38,684 nucleotides of DNA from a virus (Duplodnaviria; Caudoviricetes). Both the position numbers and the translations under genes were made by a program. Each line of letters opens with the position of its first letter. Positions within the stretch are counted from its first letter, which is position 1. This document shows positions 19,705 through 26,363 of this stretch, in pieces. The notes beneath the pieces are model-generated. The model was not told the origin of the DNA and did no database searches. It was given only the letters and a program-made list of their open reading frames with translations. The stretch is taken from positions 1-38,684 of the IMG/VR virus record IMGVR_UViG_3300027581_000017. One strand, 5' to 3'.

Positions 19705-20133
19705 ATGAATAACAAGCAGATAGCGGAACTATTAAAGGATTCTGTACAGAATGGCGATATTGATTCAATCTGGTTTGGTATTGGAGAATTAGAGCGCGAT
19801 TATTCAGCAGATACAAGCAAGCAACCTAGTTGCGCGGATAGAATTAAAGAGTCACTAGATTCACTCAATGAAGACATAACCGCCCTAATGGATAATGATG
19901 AAAGTGATGATAATGATGACCCTGCCCTATCGGTGGACACTTATAAATTGGTTAATGTCTGCCTTTCATATGGTGGCCCTAGTTCGTATCTTGAGATCAA
20001 GGCTACAGAACACAATGAAATTCTAAGCGTTACTTATCGGTTCAGCGATTGGTTTGATACCGCTACCCTGCCCGTGTTTGAAAGCGATCCCGCTTACAAG
20101 TACGCGCAATATATTATGGAGGGGCAAGAATGA
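19705..20133 (+). CDS. First early protein, very acidic (142 aa)
   Basis: ATG 19705 preceded by GAGAGAGC; LSYGGPS and DWFD motifs; Asp/Glu rich. Confidence 0.8.
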   Translation: MNNKQIAELLKDSVQNGDIDSIWFGIGELERDYSADTSKQPSCADRIKESLDSLNEDITALMDNDESDDNDDPALSVDTYKLVNVCLSYGGPSSYLEIKATEHNEILSVTYRFSDWFDTATLPVFESDPAYKYAQYIMEGQE

Positions 20134-20276
20134 GAGTCATCAAGGGCGCGCTTATCGCGCTACTAGTCGCGGGGCTATTCGTAGCGGTCACGGGGCTAGT
20201 GTGGTGGGTACCCGCTACCCCTGAAAGGGGCGGGCATTATTGCTTAGGCACTATCGCCACCTGTTTTAACGGTTGA
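20130..20276 (+). CDS. Small membrane protein (48 aa)
   Basis: MRVIKGALIALLVAGLFVAVTGLVWWVP...CLGTIATCFNG; GGAGG RBS, ATGA overlap. Confidence 0.65.
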   Translation: MRVIKGALIALLVAGLFVAVTGLVWWVPATPERGGHYCLGTIATCFNG

Positions 20277-20327
20277 TCGCGTACCGTCGCGCATAGGTGA
20301 GAGTCTATGCGTGGCGGTCTGCTATCA
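20274..20327 (+). promoter_or_regulatory. Long intergenic RNA hairpin (possible RNase III-type processing site)
   Basis: ACCGTCGCGCATAG/CTATGCGTGGCGGT 14-bp stem with G:U pairs, plus a lower stem across an internal loop. Confidence 0.55.
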
Positions 20328-20376
20328 GGCAGACCCTAGCCCGCGAGCGCGGGAGAGGGTGAGAGAGAGGGCAAGA

Positions 20377-20988
20377 ATGGACACAATAGAGAGAACTAGT
20401 ACCGCTATAACCGTGAAATTAGGCGGTTTATTGGAACTATTAGAGGGCGCGAGCACTCACGCTCATAAGGATAGTGACCTGCGGGCGCTTAACGCGGTTA
20501 AAATAGAGGGCGATAGTGAGAGCCTAACCGCTACCGCTACCGATAGATATCGCCTAATTACGGGCAAGATAGAGGGAGAGGGTAACCTACCCGTTAGCTT
20601 GATCTCGCTTACCGATATTAAGCGCCTAATATCACTACTCAAGGGAGAGGGCAAGAGAATGGAATCCTTATCTGTAACGCTCTCACGCGTGGCAGATATT
20701 CTAAGCGTATCGGTACGCGGTAACGCGATAAGCGTAACCCTGCTAGACGCTAACTTTCCCGATAGCGAACACTTATTCGCTCAATTCGATAACCCTAGCC
20801 CTAGTGAAATAGGCGCTATTGACACGGTATCGTTTAACCCTGCCCTATTCGCAGATTATGCGAAGATAATTGGCAAGAGTAATGGAATTAAGGTGACCTT
20901 TATTGCTAAGGGTAAGCCTATGCTTATCGGGCTAGCAGGCGATAAGGTGGCGTGGCGCGCCCTGCTTATGCCTATGCGTATCATCTAA
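20377..20988 (+). CDS. Truncated DNA polymerase III beta-clamp (DnaN)-like protein, 203 aa
   Basis: L.AV.I......LTATATDRYRL, L.DANFPD, VSFNP.L, KPMLI and terminal LLMPMR match DnaN domains II-III; ATG 20377 follows GAGAGAGAGGGC. Confidence 0.75.
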   Translation: MDTIERTSTAITVKLGGLLELLEGASTHAHKDSDLRALNAVKIEGDSESLTATATDRYRLITGKIEGEGNLPVSLISLTDIKRLISLLKGEGKRMESLSVTLSRVADILSVSVRGNAISVTLLDANFPDSEHLFAQFDNPSPSEIGAIDTVSFNPALFADYAKIIGKSNGIKVTFIAKGKPMLIGLAGDKVAWRALLMPMRII

Positions 20989-21016
20989 TACGGTATAGTC
21001 ACCTATCGGTAGGCTA

Positions 21017-21055
21017 TCTATCCTCCCTTGCTTAGGTAGAGCAGGGGAGGGTGGA
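21017..21055 (+). promoter_or_regulatory. Long intergenic RNA hairpin (16-bp stem)
   Basis: TCTATCCTCCCTTGCT/AGCAGGGGAGGGTGGA fully paired with three G:U pairs; no U-tract. Confidence 0.55.
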
Positions 21056-21094
21056 GGGCATATCGCCCTAATTAGAGAGAGAGTGAGAGAGCTA

Positions 21095-21250
21095 ATGAAT
21101 ATAGAGAGAGTGCGCCATAGTGGCGCTTATGTAATCTCCGATTCTATTGGAGAGGGCGCGGGAGAATATCTATTTACCCGCACCTATTACGGTTACACGC
21201 TAAAGCAGGCTAAGGCACTATTCAAGCTAGCGGTAGAGAGAGAGGGCTAA
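21095..21250 (+). CDS. Small early protein (51 aa)
   Basis: MNIERVRHSGAYVISD...TRTYYGYTLKQAKALF; GAGAGAGC leader. Confidence 0.7.
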   Translation: MNIERVRHSGAYVISDSIGEGAGEYLFTRTYYGYTLKQAKALFKLAVEREG

Positions 21251-21450
21251 TGATGAAAGATTACAAGGTTTATTACAGGGAAGAAGATTCTGGCGTATTT
21301 ATATTTCAAGCAGAATCGCTAGATCAAGCTAATGAATTACTTAATAAAGTAAAAGAGGGCGATCTTTACTTAGATGAATTGCCTAATTACTACCGTAAGA
21401 ATAAGAGTTTTGATTCTGACCTGTCCGATATTATAGAGGTGACTCAATGA
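21250..21450 (+). CDS. Small acidic early protein
   Basis: 66 aa, TAATG coupling, GAGAGAGGGC leader. Confidence 0.75.
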   Translation: MMKDYKVYYREEDSGVFIFQAESLDQANELLNKVKEGDLYLDELPNYYRKNKSFDSDLSDIIEVTQ

Positions 21451-21797
21451 GTACCTGTTATGTATGCAAGAGCTGCTTGAATGAGCAAGAATTATATAAC
21501 GCGGTAGTATCTACGCCCGCTAATGAGTACAAGACCGTGAGTAGCTGCTTTGATTGCAGGACAGGGCTAGATGAGTACACTATCAATGAGATAGAGGTGC
21601 TCACCCTATTGGATAGTCAAGAGTCATACTCTAATCGTGTAGAGAGAGAGGGCGCTTACGCTGCTACTACCATAGAGTTAATTACAGGCATACTGGCGTT
21701 AGACCCAGAAAATGATGAAGAATATAACGATTATGCCCTAGTGGATATGATCGAATTGGCGATTAGTTATCACCGCAACCATAAGGATAAGGATTAA
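21447..21797 (+). CDS. Early acidic protein with Cys zinc-binding motifs
   Basis: CxxCxxC...CxxC, 116 aa. Confidence 0.75.
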   Translation: MSTCYVCKSCLNEQELYNAVVSTPANEYKTVSSCFDCRTGLDEYTINEIEVLTLLDSQESYSNRVEREGAYAATTIELITGILALDPENDEEYNDYALVDMIELAISYHRNHKDKD

Positions 21798-21799
21798 CT

Positions 21800-21976
21800 A
21801 TGAGCGCACCTAATAAAGAATACTTAATCGCTAAGGCTACGCTATGCCGTGACCTAGCTATCGAGCAAATGAAAGAGGGTGAGGGCGAGCAAGCTACCCG
21901 CAACCTTATGCGTATGGTCAAGGCGTTAGGCGAAGTCGGAATAATAATCGAGAGAGAGGGCAAGGATAATGAGTAA
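21800..21976 (+). CDS. Small early protein (58 aa)
   Basis: MSAPNKEYLIAKATLCRDLA...EREGKDNE; AAGGA RBS. Confidence 0.65.
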   Translation: MSAPNKEYLIAKATLCRDLAIEQMKEGEGEQATRNLMRMVKALGEVGIIIEREGKDNE

Positions 21977-22084
21977 AGTAATAATTGAAGTATCTGGTGG
22001 CGTAGCTTATTTAGTGAACGCGCCAGAAGGCATAGAAGTAGAGATAAGAGATTGGGATAATGAGAGAGAGGGCAAGGATAATGA
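21950..22084 (+). repeat. 23-nt perfect direct repeat GAGAGAGAGGGCAAGGATAATGA (21950-21972 and 22062-22084)
   Basis: Identical leader-plus-start sequences flanking a 39-aa gene. Confidence 0.9.
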
Positions 22085-22088
22085 ATAG
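21969..22088 (+). CDS. Small early protein (39 aa)
   Basis: MSKVIIEVSGGVAYLVNAPEGIEVEIRDWDNEREGKDNE. Confidence 0.65.
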   Translation: MSKVIIEVSGGVAYLVNAPEGIEVEIRDWDNEREGKDNE

Positions 22089-22236
22089 CACTTGTAAGGT
22101 TTGCTTAGATGATTTTGATGATGAAAGTATGATTGAGGATATACAAGGGGCGAAGTATTGCCTATTCGATAGTGGTGCTATCTGCCCTGTCTGTGGTATC
22201 TATGAGCACGATTGCGAGGGAGAGAGCAATGATTAA
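22081..22236 (+). CDS. Small zinc-finger-like early protein (51 aa)
   Basis: CKVC...C...CPVC...HDC. Confidence 0.65.
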   Translation: MNSTCKVCLDDFDDESMIEDIQGAKYCLFDSGAICPVCGIYEHDCEGESND

Positions 22237-22405
22237 AGAGATAGAGCTAGAATATACCGCCAATAATCTTGTAAAGTTAGCACGCGAGGTATGGGGAGAT
22301 AACGCTACTGAGTACCTTGCGGGTAGATTAGAGAGTGTAATTACCTATAATCAAATGAAGGTTTTAATAGATAGCCTAAAGGGAGAGGCTGACAATGAAG
22401 ATTGA
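22229..22405 (+). CDS. Small early protein (58 aa)
   Basis: ATG 22229 after GAGAGAGC; MIKEIELEYTANNL... Confidence 0.7.
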   Translation: MIKEIELEYTANNLVKLAREVWGDNATEYLAGRLESVITYNQMKVLIDSLKGEADNED

Positions 22406-22532
22406 TAAGCAATTACTACAAGAGCAGATTAAGTTTTTATACTCTTATGCGTGGAGAGAGCAGGGTATCCCTGATGAAATCGTGGGAGTGATCAACCTAT
22501 TAGAAGCAATAGAGGAGGCTGATAATGAGTAG
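22395..22532 (+). CDS. Small early protein (45 aa)
   Basis: MKIDKQLLQEQIKFLYSYAWREQG...; GGGAGAGG leader. Confidence 0.6.
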   Translation: MKIDKQLLQEQIKFLYSYAWREQGIPDEIVGVINLLEAIEEADNE

Positions 22533-22761
22533 TTTTCACCCAAAGTACGATCTAATCAACCTCTATGAAATTGTAGGGGAAGCGGGCGAGGTGGAGTGGG
22601 CAGGCGAATCTGCCCACGAAGCCATTAAGTTACTACGCAGTAGCGCTAACAAGCGCCTGCTGGTATCAGGTTGGGAAAGTGATTACGAGGAAGCACGCCT
22701 AGTCGGGCAGCCTTTAGATGTAACGCAGGTAGCGTTAGCAGCAATAGTATGGGAGAGATAA
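22525..22761 (+). CDS. Hypothetical early protein
   Basis: 78 aa, GAGGAGG RBS. Confidence 0.75.
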   Translation: MSSFHPKYDLINLYEIVGEAGEVEWAGESAHEAIKLLRSSANKRLLVSGWESDYEEARLVGQPLDVTQVALAAIVWER

Positions 22762-22844
22762 TGAGTTACTTAATAGGGATCATAGCTGTATTAGTGATAG
22801 CCTACTTACTTATAGTGGGAGAGGATAAGTTAAATGAGCGTTGA
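22761..22844 (+). CDS. Tiny membrane peptide (27 aa)
   Basis: MSYLIGIIAVLVIAYLLIVGEDKLNER; TAATG coupling. Confidence 0.5.
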   Translation: MSYLIGIIAVLVIAYLLIVGEDKLNER

Positions 22845-23118
22845 GCGACGCATTGAAACCGCACTTAGACAAGCAGTTCATTACCGCAACTATCGTAGAG
22901 CGAGAGAGAGGGCGCTGGCCAAGCTCTCTCATTTATACCCCGACACTTACAAGCAACTGCTTGGGATTGAGAAGGCAATAGATGAGCAAGAGGGAAAGAA
23001 TTGGATTGATATTAGCGGTGCTACTCGTATGGTTACTAGTACCAGCACACCAGACTGGCATACTACCAACACCCAAGAAACCAGAGCTAGCACAAGCAAC
23101 GATGGAAGAGAAGCGTGA
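22834..23118 (+). CDS. Hypothetical protein, Arg-rich N-terminus
   Basis: 94 aa, GGGAGAGG leader. Confidence 0.65.
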   Translation: MSVERRIETALRQAVHYRNYRRARERALAKLSHLYPDTYKQLLGIEKAIDEQEGKNWIDISGATRMVTSTSTPDWHTTNTQETRASTSNDGREA

Positions 23119-23389
23119 AAACATACACGTATCCAAGCGTTACGCTTATCTCATACACGGGTGGGGGAGAGAGCAGCAAGCCTGCCTCGTCACCCTTTGG
23201 ACCCGTGAGAGTAGGTTTGACCACAAAGCGGACAATCCCAGATCTAGTGCTTACGGAATTGCTCAGCTACTTGGAGAAACAAAGCAAGATCCTAGAGAGC
23301 AGATTATCACTGGCCTTAAATACATTGAGCACCGATATAGCACCCCGTGTAACGCGCTTAGTTTCCACAACCGTAAGTACTGGTATTGA
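22982..23389 (+). CDS. Lytic transglycosylase (actinobacterial SLT-like) with N-terminal signal/anchor
   Basis: CL..LW.RES.F...A.NP.SSAYGIAQ.L...QI..GL.YI..RY..PC.A..F...WY. Confidence 0.88.
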   Translation: MSKRERIGLILAVLLVWLLVPAHQTGILPTPKKPELAQATMEEKRENIHVSKRYAYLIHGWGREQQACLVTLWTRESRFDHKADNPRSSAYGIAQLLGETKQDPREQIITGLKYIEHRYSTPCNALSFHNRKYWY

Positions 23390-23394
23390 TACTG

Positions 23395-23403
23395 TGGTAG
23401 AGT
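23395..23403 (+). promoter_or_regulatory. Extended -10 promoter for the putative sRNA
   Basis: TG-G-TAGAGT (TGnTAnnnT) just after the SLT stop codon. Confidence 0.5.
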
Positions 23404-23409
23404 AATAAC

Positions 23410-23476
23410 TATTGAACGCTCTCTCGTTCATACCGACGAAGCCTCACCTAAGACGCAAGGTGGGGCTTTGTCATTT
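23410..23476 (+). ncRNA. Putative sRNA antisense to early-gene leaders
   Basis: Hairpin TGAACG-CTCTCT-CGTTCA followed by terminator hairpin; GCUCUCUC complements GAGAG(A/G)GC. Confidence 0.55.
23438..23476. terminator. Terminator hairpin at the convergence of early and replication arms
   Basis: GAAGCCTCACCT-AAGACGCA-AGGTGGGGCTTT then GTCATTT. Confidence 0.7.
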
Positions 23477-23650
23477 CTTGTAGTCGGTAGAGTAGAAGCC
23501 AGCACCATTGAAGGTGACAGGGGGCGACGACCAGACACGGTTCATAGTTGTATGGCAGTTAAAGCACATAGGATCACTAGCTTCAGCGTGAATAGAACGC
23601 TCAATAGTTATCTGGCTGTTACACTTATCGCACTTGTAATCGTAGTTCAC
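23471..23650 (-). CDS. FmdB-family zinc-ribbon protein (59 aa, not in ORF track)
   Basis: YDYKCDKC...CFNC...MNRVWS...FNGAGFYSTD. Confidence 0.85.
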   Translation of the reverse strand: MNYDYKCDKCNSQITIERSIHAEASDPMCFNCHTTMNRVWSSPPVTFNGAGFYSTDYKK

Positions 23651-24030
23651 AGCTGTACCGCTTCCTCAATCGGGAGATAACCTACTAACTTATCAATCTT
23701 TTTATTGCGAGCAAACTCAGTAGTCGCTGGCATACGATGAGTAAACCACTCAGGTTCTGGTACATCCATTAGATCAAAAGAAAAGACACCCTTGGGTGTC
23801 GAGTTAATATAGAACGGGATTAGATCTCGCTCAGCAGCTTGGGTTATTAACTTGCGGTACTTCATCTCCTCGATCAGCAACGTATCGTAATGAGTGTGAC
23901 GGCACTTGAGTTCTATGTAGTGACCAGCCAAGGCAGAGGTGCAGTCGAAGGCATCATAGATACCAATAGACTTCTCTAAATCTGGGTATAGGTTAGCTTT
24001 AAGGTAATCAAATAACTCTATCTCTTTCAT
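23647..24030 (-). CDS. Putative PD-(D/E)XK nuclease-fold protein
   Basis: E..LF...FDC...YIELKCR. Confidence 0.6.
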   Translation of the reverse strand: MKEIELFDYLKANLYPDLEKSIGIYDAFDCTSALAGHYIELKCRHTHYDTLLIEEMKYRKLITQAAERDLIPFYINSTPKGVFSFDLMDVPEPEWFTHRMPATTEFARNKKIDKLVGYLPIEEAVQL

Positions 24031-24662
24031 TGAAAAGGACTCACCCCGCCCAAAAGATTTTGTAGCCGGCGCATAGCGTTATCAATCCTGCGATCAGCAG
24101 TAGATACTGAGCACTCATAATGATTGGCTATCTGCTGTAAGGTAAAGCTATCTAGGTATCTGATACGCAATAAGATCTGATCCTCAACCTCAAGTTTATT
24201 GTAGCCAACCTTAATATCTATTAGGTTAGCGAGTAAGTTGCCACCTTCAGATGGACTAGATGACCCACGTGGCAAGCCATCTTGGATCATATCTTGTATC
24301 TGTTCTAGCACTGTGTTATCAATGACAGATGCAATAACGAATGGAAGCAACTGACCTAGCGTGTAGCCTTGGTAGTAAGCCTCATCAGTTATCTGGTAGC
24401 CAGACTTAGAAGCCTTCTCACGTCTGGAGTAGCGCTCAGCTGCACGCCTCATCTGCCACGCTATGCGTGCCTCAGCGTGCTTACGCTTATCAGCATCGGT
24501 TGCCTCTAGTAACTGCTCAGTGATCCACTTATGGCGCGACAGCGCCCACGACAAACACTCTTGGAGTATATCCTCACGTTCGACGTAAGCCTTATACCTG
24601 CCGTGAATAGCACGAGTAACGCCAGGTGCTATGTCATAGATAACTGGATCAATACCGGTCAC
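24027..24662 (-). CDS. Phage sigma70-family (ECF-like) sigma factor
   Basis: Region 2-like VEREDILQE and region 4 HTH L..RY....TLQQIA.....SVST..RR...AMRRL. Confidence 0.8.
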   Translation of the reverse strand: MTGIDPVIYDIAPGVTRAIHGRYKAYVEREDILQECLSWALSRHKWITEQLLEATDADKRKHAEARIAWQMRRAAERYSRREKASKSGYQITDEAYYQGYTLGQLLPFVIASVIDNTVLEQIQDMIQDGLPRGSSSPSEGGNLLANLIDIKVGYNKLEVEDQILLRIRYLDSFTLQQIANHYECSVSTADRRIDNAMRRLQNLLGGVSPFQ

Positions 24663-25045
24663 TCAGGCCACTTACCATCCAGTACTAGTAGAGCAATAGC
24701 GCTGTAGTTTAATAGATCAAGGAAGCTATCGCGTAGCGATTCGTTCTCAGGGGTTGCACCACTATCAATCAAGTGATTGATGCGTGCTGTCTTATCCCAC
24801 ATACGCACACGCAAACCATTCAGTGGCCCACCTGGTGCGCCAGCGATATTGCTTGGGCCATAATCCCTATGCTTCTTTAGTAACAGGTTACCGGCACCAT
24901 CTAGCACATCCCACATCGCTGCTATGAACGCGTCGGTATTGGCCTTATCAATATAGTCTCGTTCGCTCTGTCCGAGTGCAGGATCTGCAAGCCCATAGTA
25001 AGCATAGTCTGTAGCAATCTTTCCCAATCTTGATCCGTCATTCAC
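24659..25045 (-). CDS. Nucleotide-modification-associated domain 1 (DUF1599-like, MazG/dUTPase-type fold) protein
   Basis: KHRDYG...RMWDK.ARI..L...ESLRDSFLDL.NY. Confidence 0.75.
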   Translation of the reverse strand: MNDGSRLGKIATDYAYYGLADPALGQSERDYIDKANTDAFIAAMWDVLDGAGNLLLKKHRDYGPSNIAGAPGGPLNGLRVRMWDKTARINHLIDSGATPENESLRDSFLDLLNYSAIALLVLDGKWPE

Positions 25046-25688
25046 TATACTCTCCTATCAATAGTTTGCGAGTAGCACTAGCGCCGTGTACTAGGTAGTA
25101 ATCGTTAATGTCCATATTAGGTGGAAGTGTAACGATTGTAGAGTTCATTACCTCATTAGCCACGCGCTTAGAAAAATCAGCACCTGGGTTGGAGCCATCT
25201 TCTTTAACATCATTATCACCAACAACGTACACAGTTTCATAGCCACCGAATAGCTTTGGAAAGTGTGGCTTCCAAGCAGCTACGCCTGGCACACCAACTG
25301 CTGGTATATCTAACTCACCTGATACTATGATGGTATCAAGTTCACCTTCACATACAACTATGTAAGGCTTCATAACAGTCACATCAGCTACGTTGTAGAG
25401 GTGAGCCTTCTGTCCAATAGGACTACCATACTTAGGTTTGCCTTCATCTAATCTGCGGAACTTAAACCCAACACAAGAACCACTAGCAGTAATATAAGGA
25501 ATGGAGATCCAACCCTCATACATCTCGTGACCATTGATCGGATCGGTGATGGTGCCAAGTTGGAACTTGGCTGCTGTAACTTCACAGATTCCACGTGCGT
25601 CTAGCACGGCCAGCGCCTCTGGACTTATTGCCTGAGCGTATCGCTGCGCCGCTTCCAGCAGCAATTTCGATTGCACGTTTGAGGCCAT
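25038..25688 (-). CDS. DNA primase, catalytic TOPRIM part
   Basis: IPY...KFRRL...PKY, VVCEGELD, GVPG, GDND, DIND. Confidence 0.9.
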   Translation of the reverse strand: MASNVQSKLLLEAAQRYAQAISPEALAVLDARGICEVTAAKFQLGTITDPINGHEMYEGWISIPYITASGSCVGFKFRRLDEGKPKYGSPIGQKAHLYNVADVTVMKPYIVVCEGELDTIIVSGELDIPAVGVPGVAAWKPHFPKLFGGYETVYVVGDNDVKEDGSNPGADFSKRVANEVMNSTIVTLPPNMDINDYYLVHGASATRKLLIGEYSE

Positions 25689-25959
25689 CGTTGAACTCCA
25701 AGTTCTCTAGGATGCAAACTAAGTTTACTGCGTTGCCACCCTTACCGCAGGTGTGGCAGAAATATAAATTGTCATAGGTATTTATCACAGCTGACCTGCG
25801 ACTGTCATTATGTAAGCAGCACCTAACCGATACCGACTTACCTTCTCTTACTTCACCACCAAAGTTGGCAACTATTGCCCCTATGGGGATTGTATTTGCA
25901 TCAATGGAACCTTTGTATCCTTTGTTTTTACGTACCCTGGACCAGTCTTGTGTTGACAT
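25582..25959 (-). CDS. DNA primase zinc-binding (CHC2) domain as a separate ORF
   Basis: CCLHNDSRRS...YFCHTCGKGG. Confidence 0.85.
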   Translation of the reverse strand: MSTQDWSRVRKNKGYKGSIDANTIPIGAIVANFGGEVREGKSVSVRCCLHNDSRRSAVINTYDNLYFCHTCGKGGNAVNLVCILENLEFNDGLKRAIEIAAGSGAAIRSGNKSRGAGRARRTWNL

Positions 25960-26060
25960 ACGCACCCCTTAATGCTGCACTTCCCGTGCTTATGCGCGGC
26001 ACGTTTCAAGTGACCTAGTTTATTCTCAGCACCGGCTTGTATACAGTTAGAGCAGATCAT
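25881..26060 (-). CDS. Small Cys/His-rich protein (59 aa)
   Basis: MICSNC...H.KC...GCVCQH. Confidence 0.6.
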   Translation of the reverse strand: MICSNCIQAGAENKLGHLKRAAHKHGKCSIKGCVCQHKTGPGYVKTKDTKVPLMQIQSP

Positions 26061-26257
26061 ACTTGCTCCAGATCAAAGCCATCATCCTCATAATAATAAT
26101 TAATCCAACCAGAATCTTTCTTGTAAAAATCCCAAGAATACTCACGACCAAATAAGGTTAGATTAAAAGAAAAGTCAGCTTCATTATCTATTAACCAACC
26201 TACATTAAAGTAATCTCTAAGTCTTAAAAATTTAGAAGTTCTATACTTAATCTTCAT
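26057..26257 (-). CDS. AT-rich hypothetical protein
   Basis: ATG 26257 with GGAGG RBS; aromatic-rich. Confidence 0.6.
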   Translation of the reverse strand: MKIKYRTSKFLRLRDYFNVGWLIDNEADFSFNLTLFGREYSWDFYKKDSGWINYYYEDDGFDLEQV

Positions 26258-26363
26258 CTGTTGCCTCCGGCAATACTTCTTCATCTAAATCTTGTACAGG
26301 ATCTTGTACGACTTCTGGTACTAGGATCTCTGATGTTGTTATATCTCCTTGTGGTATTGCCAT
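26247..26363 (-). CDS. Small acidic peptide (38 aa)
   Basis: MAIPQGDITTSEILVPEVVQDPVQDLDEEVLPEATDED; AAGGA RBS, TAATG coupling. Confidence 0.55.
   Translation of the reverse strand: MAIPQGDITTSEILVPEVVQDPVQDLDEEVLPEATDED

Noticed and set aside
23468-23680. Plus-strand 70-aa ORF
   Set aside because: The opposite strand encodes a clear FmdB zinc ribbon
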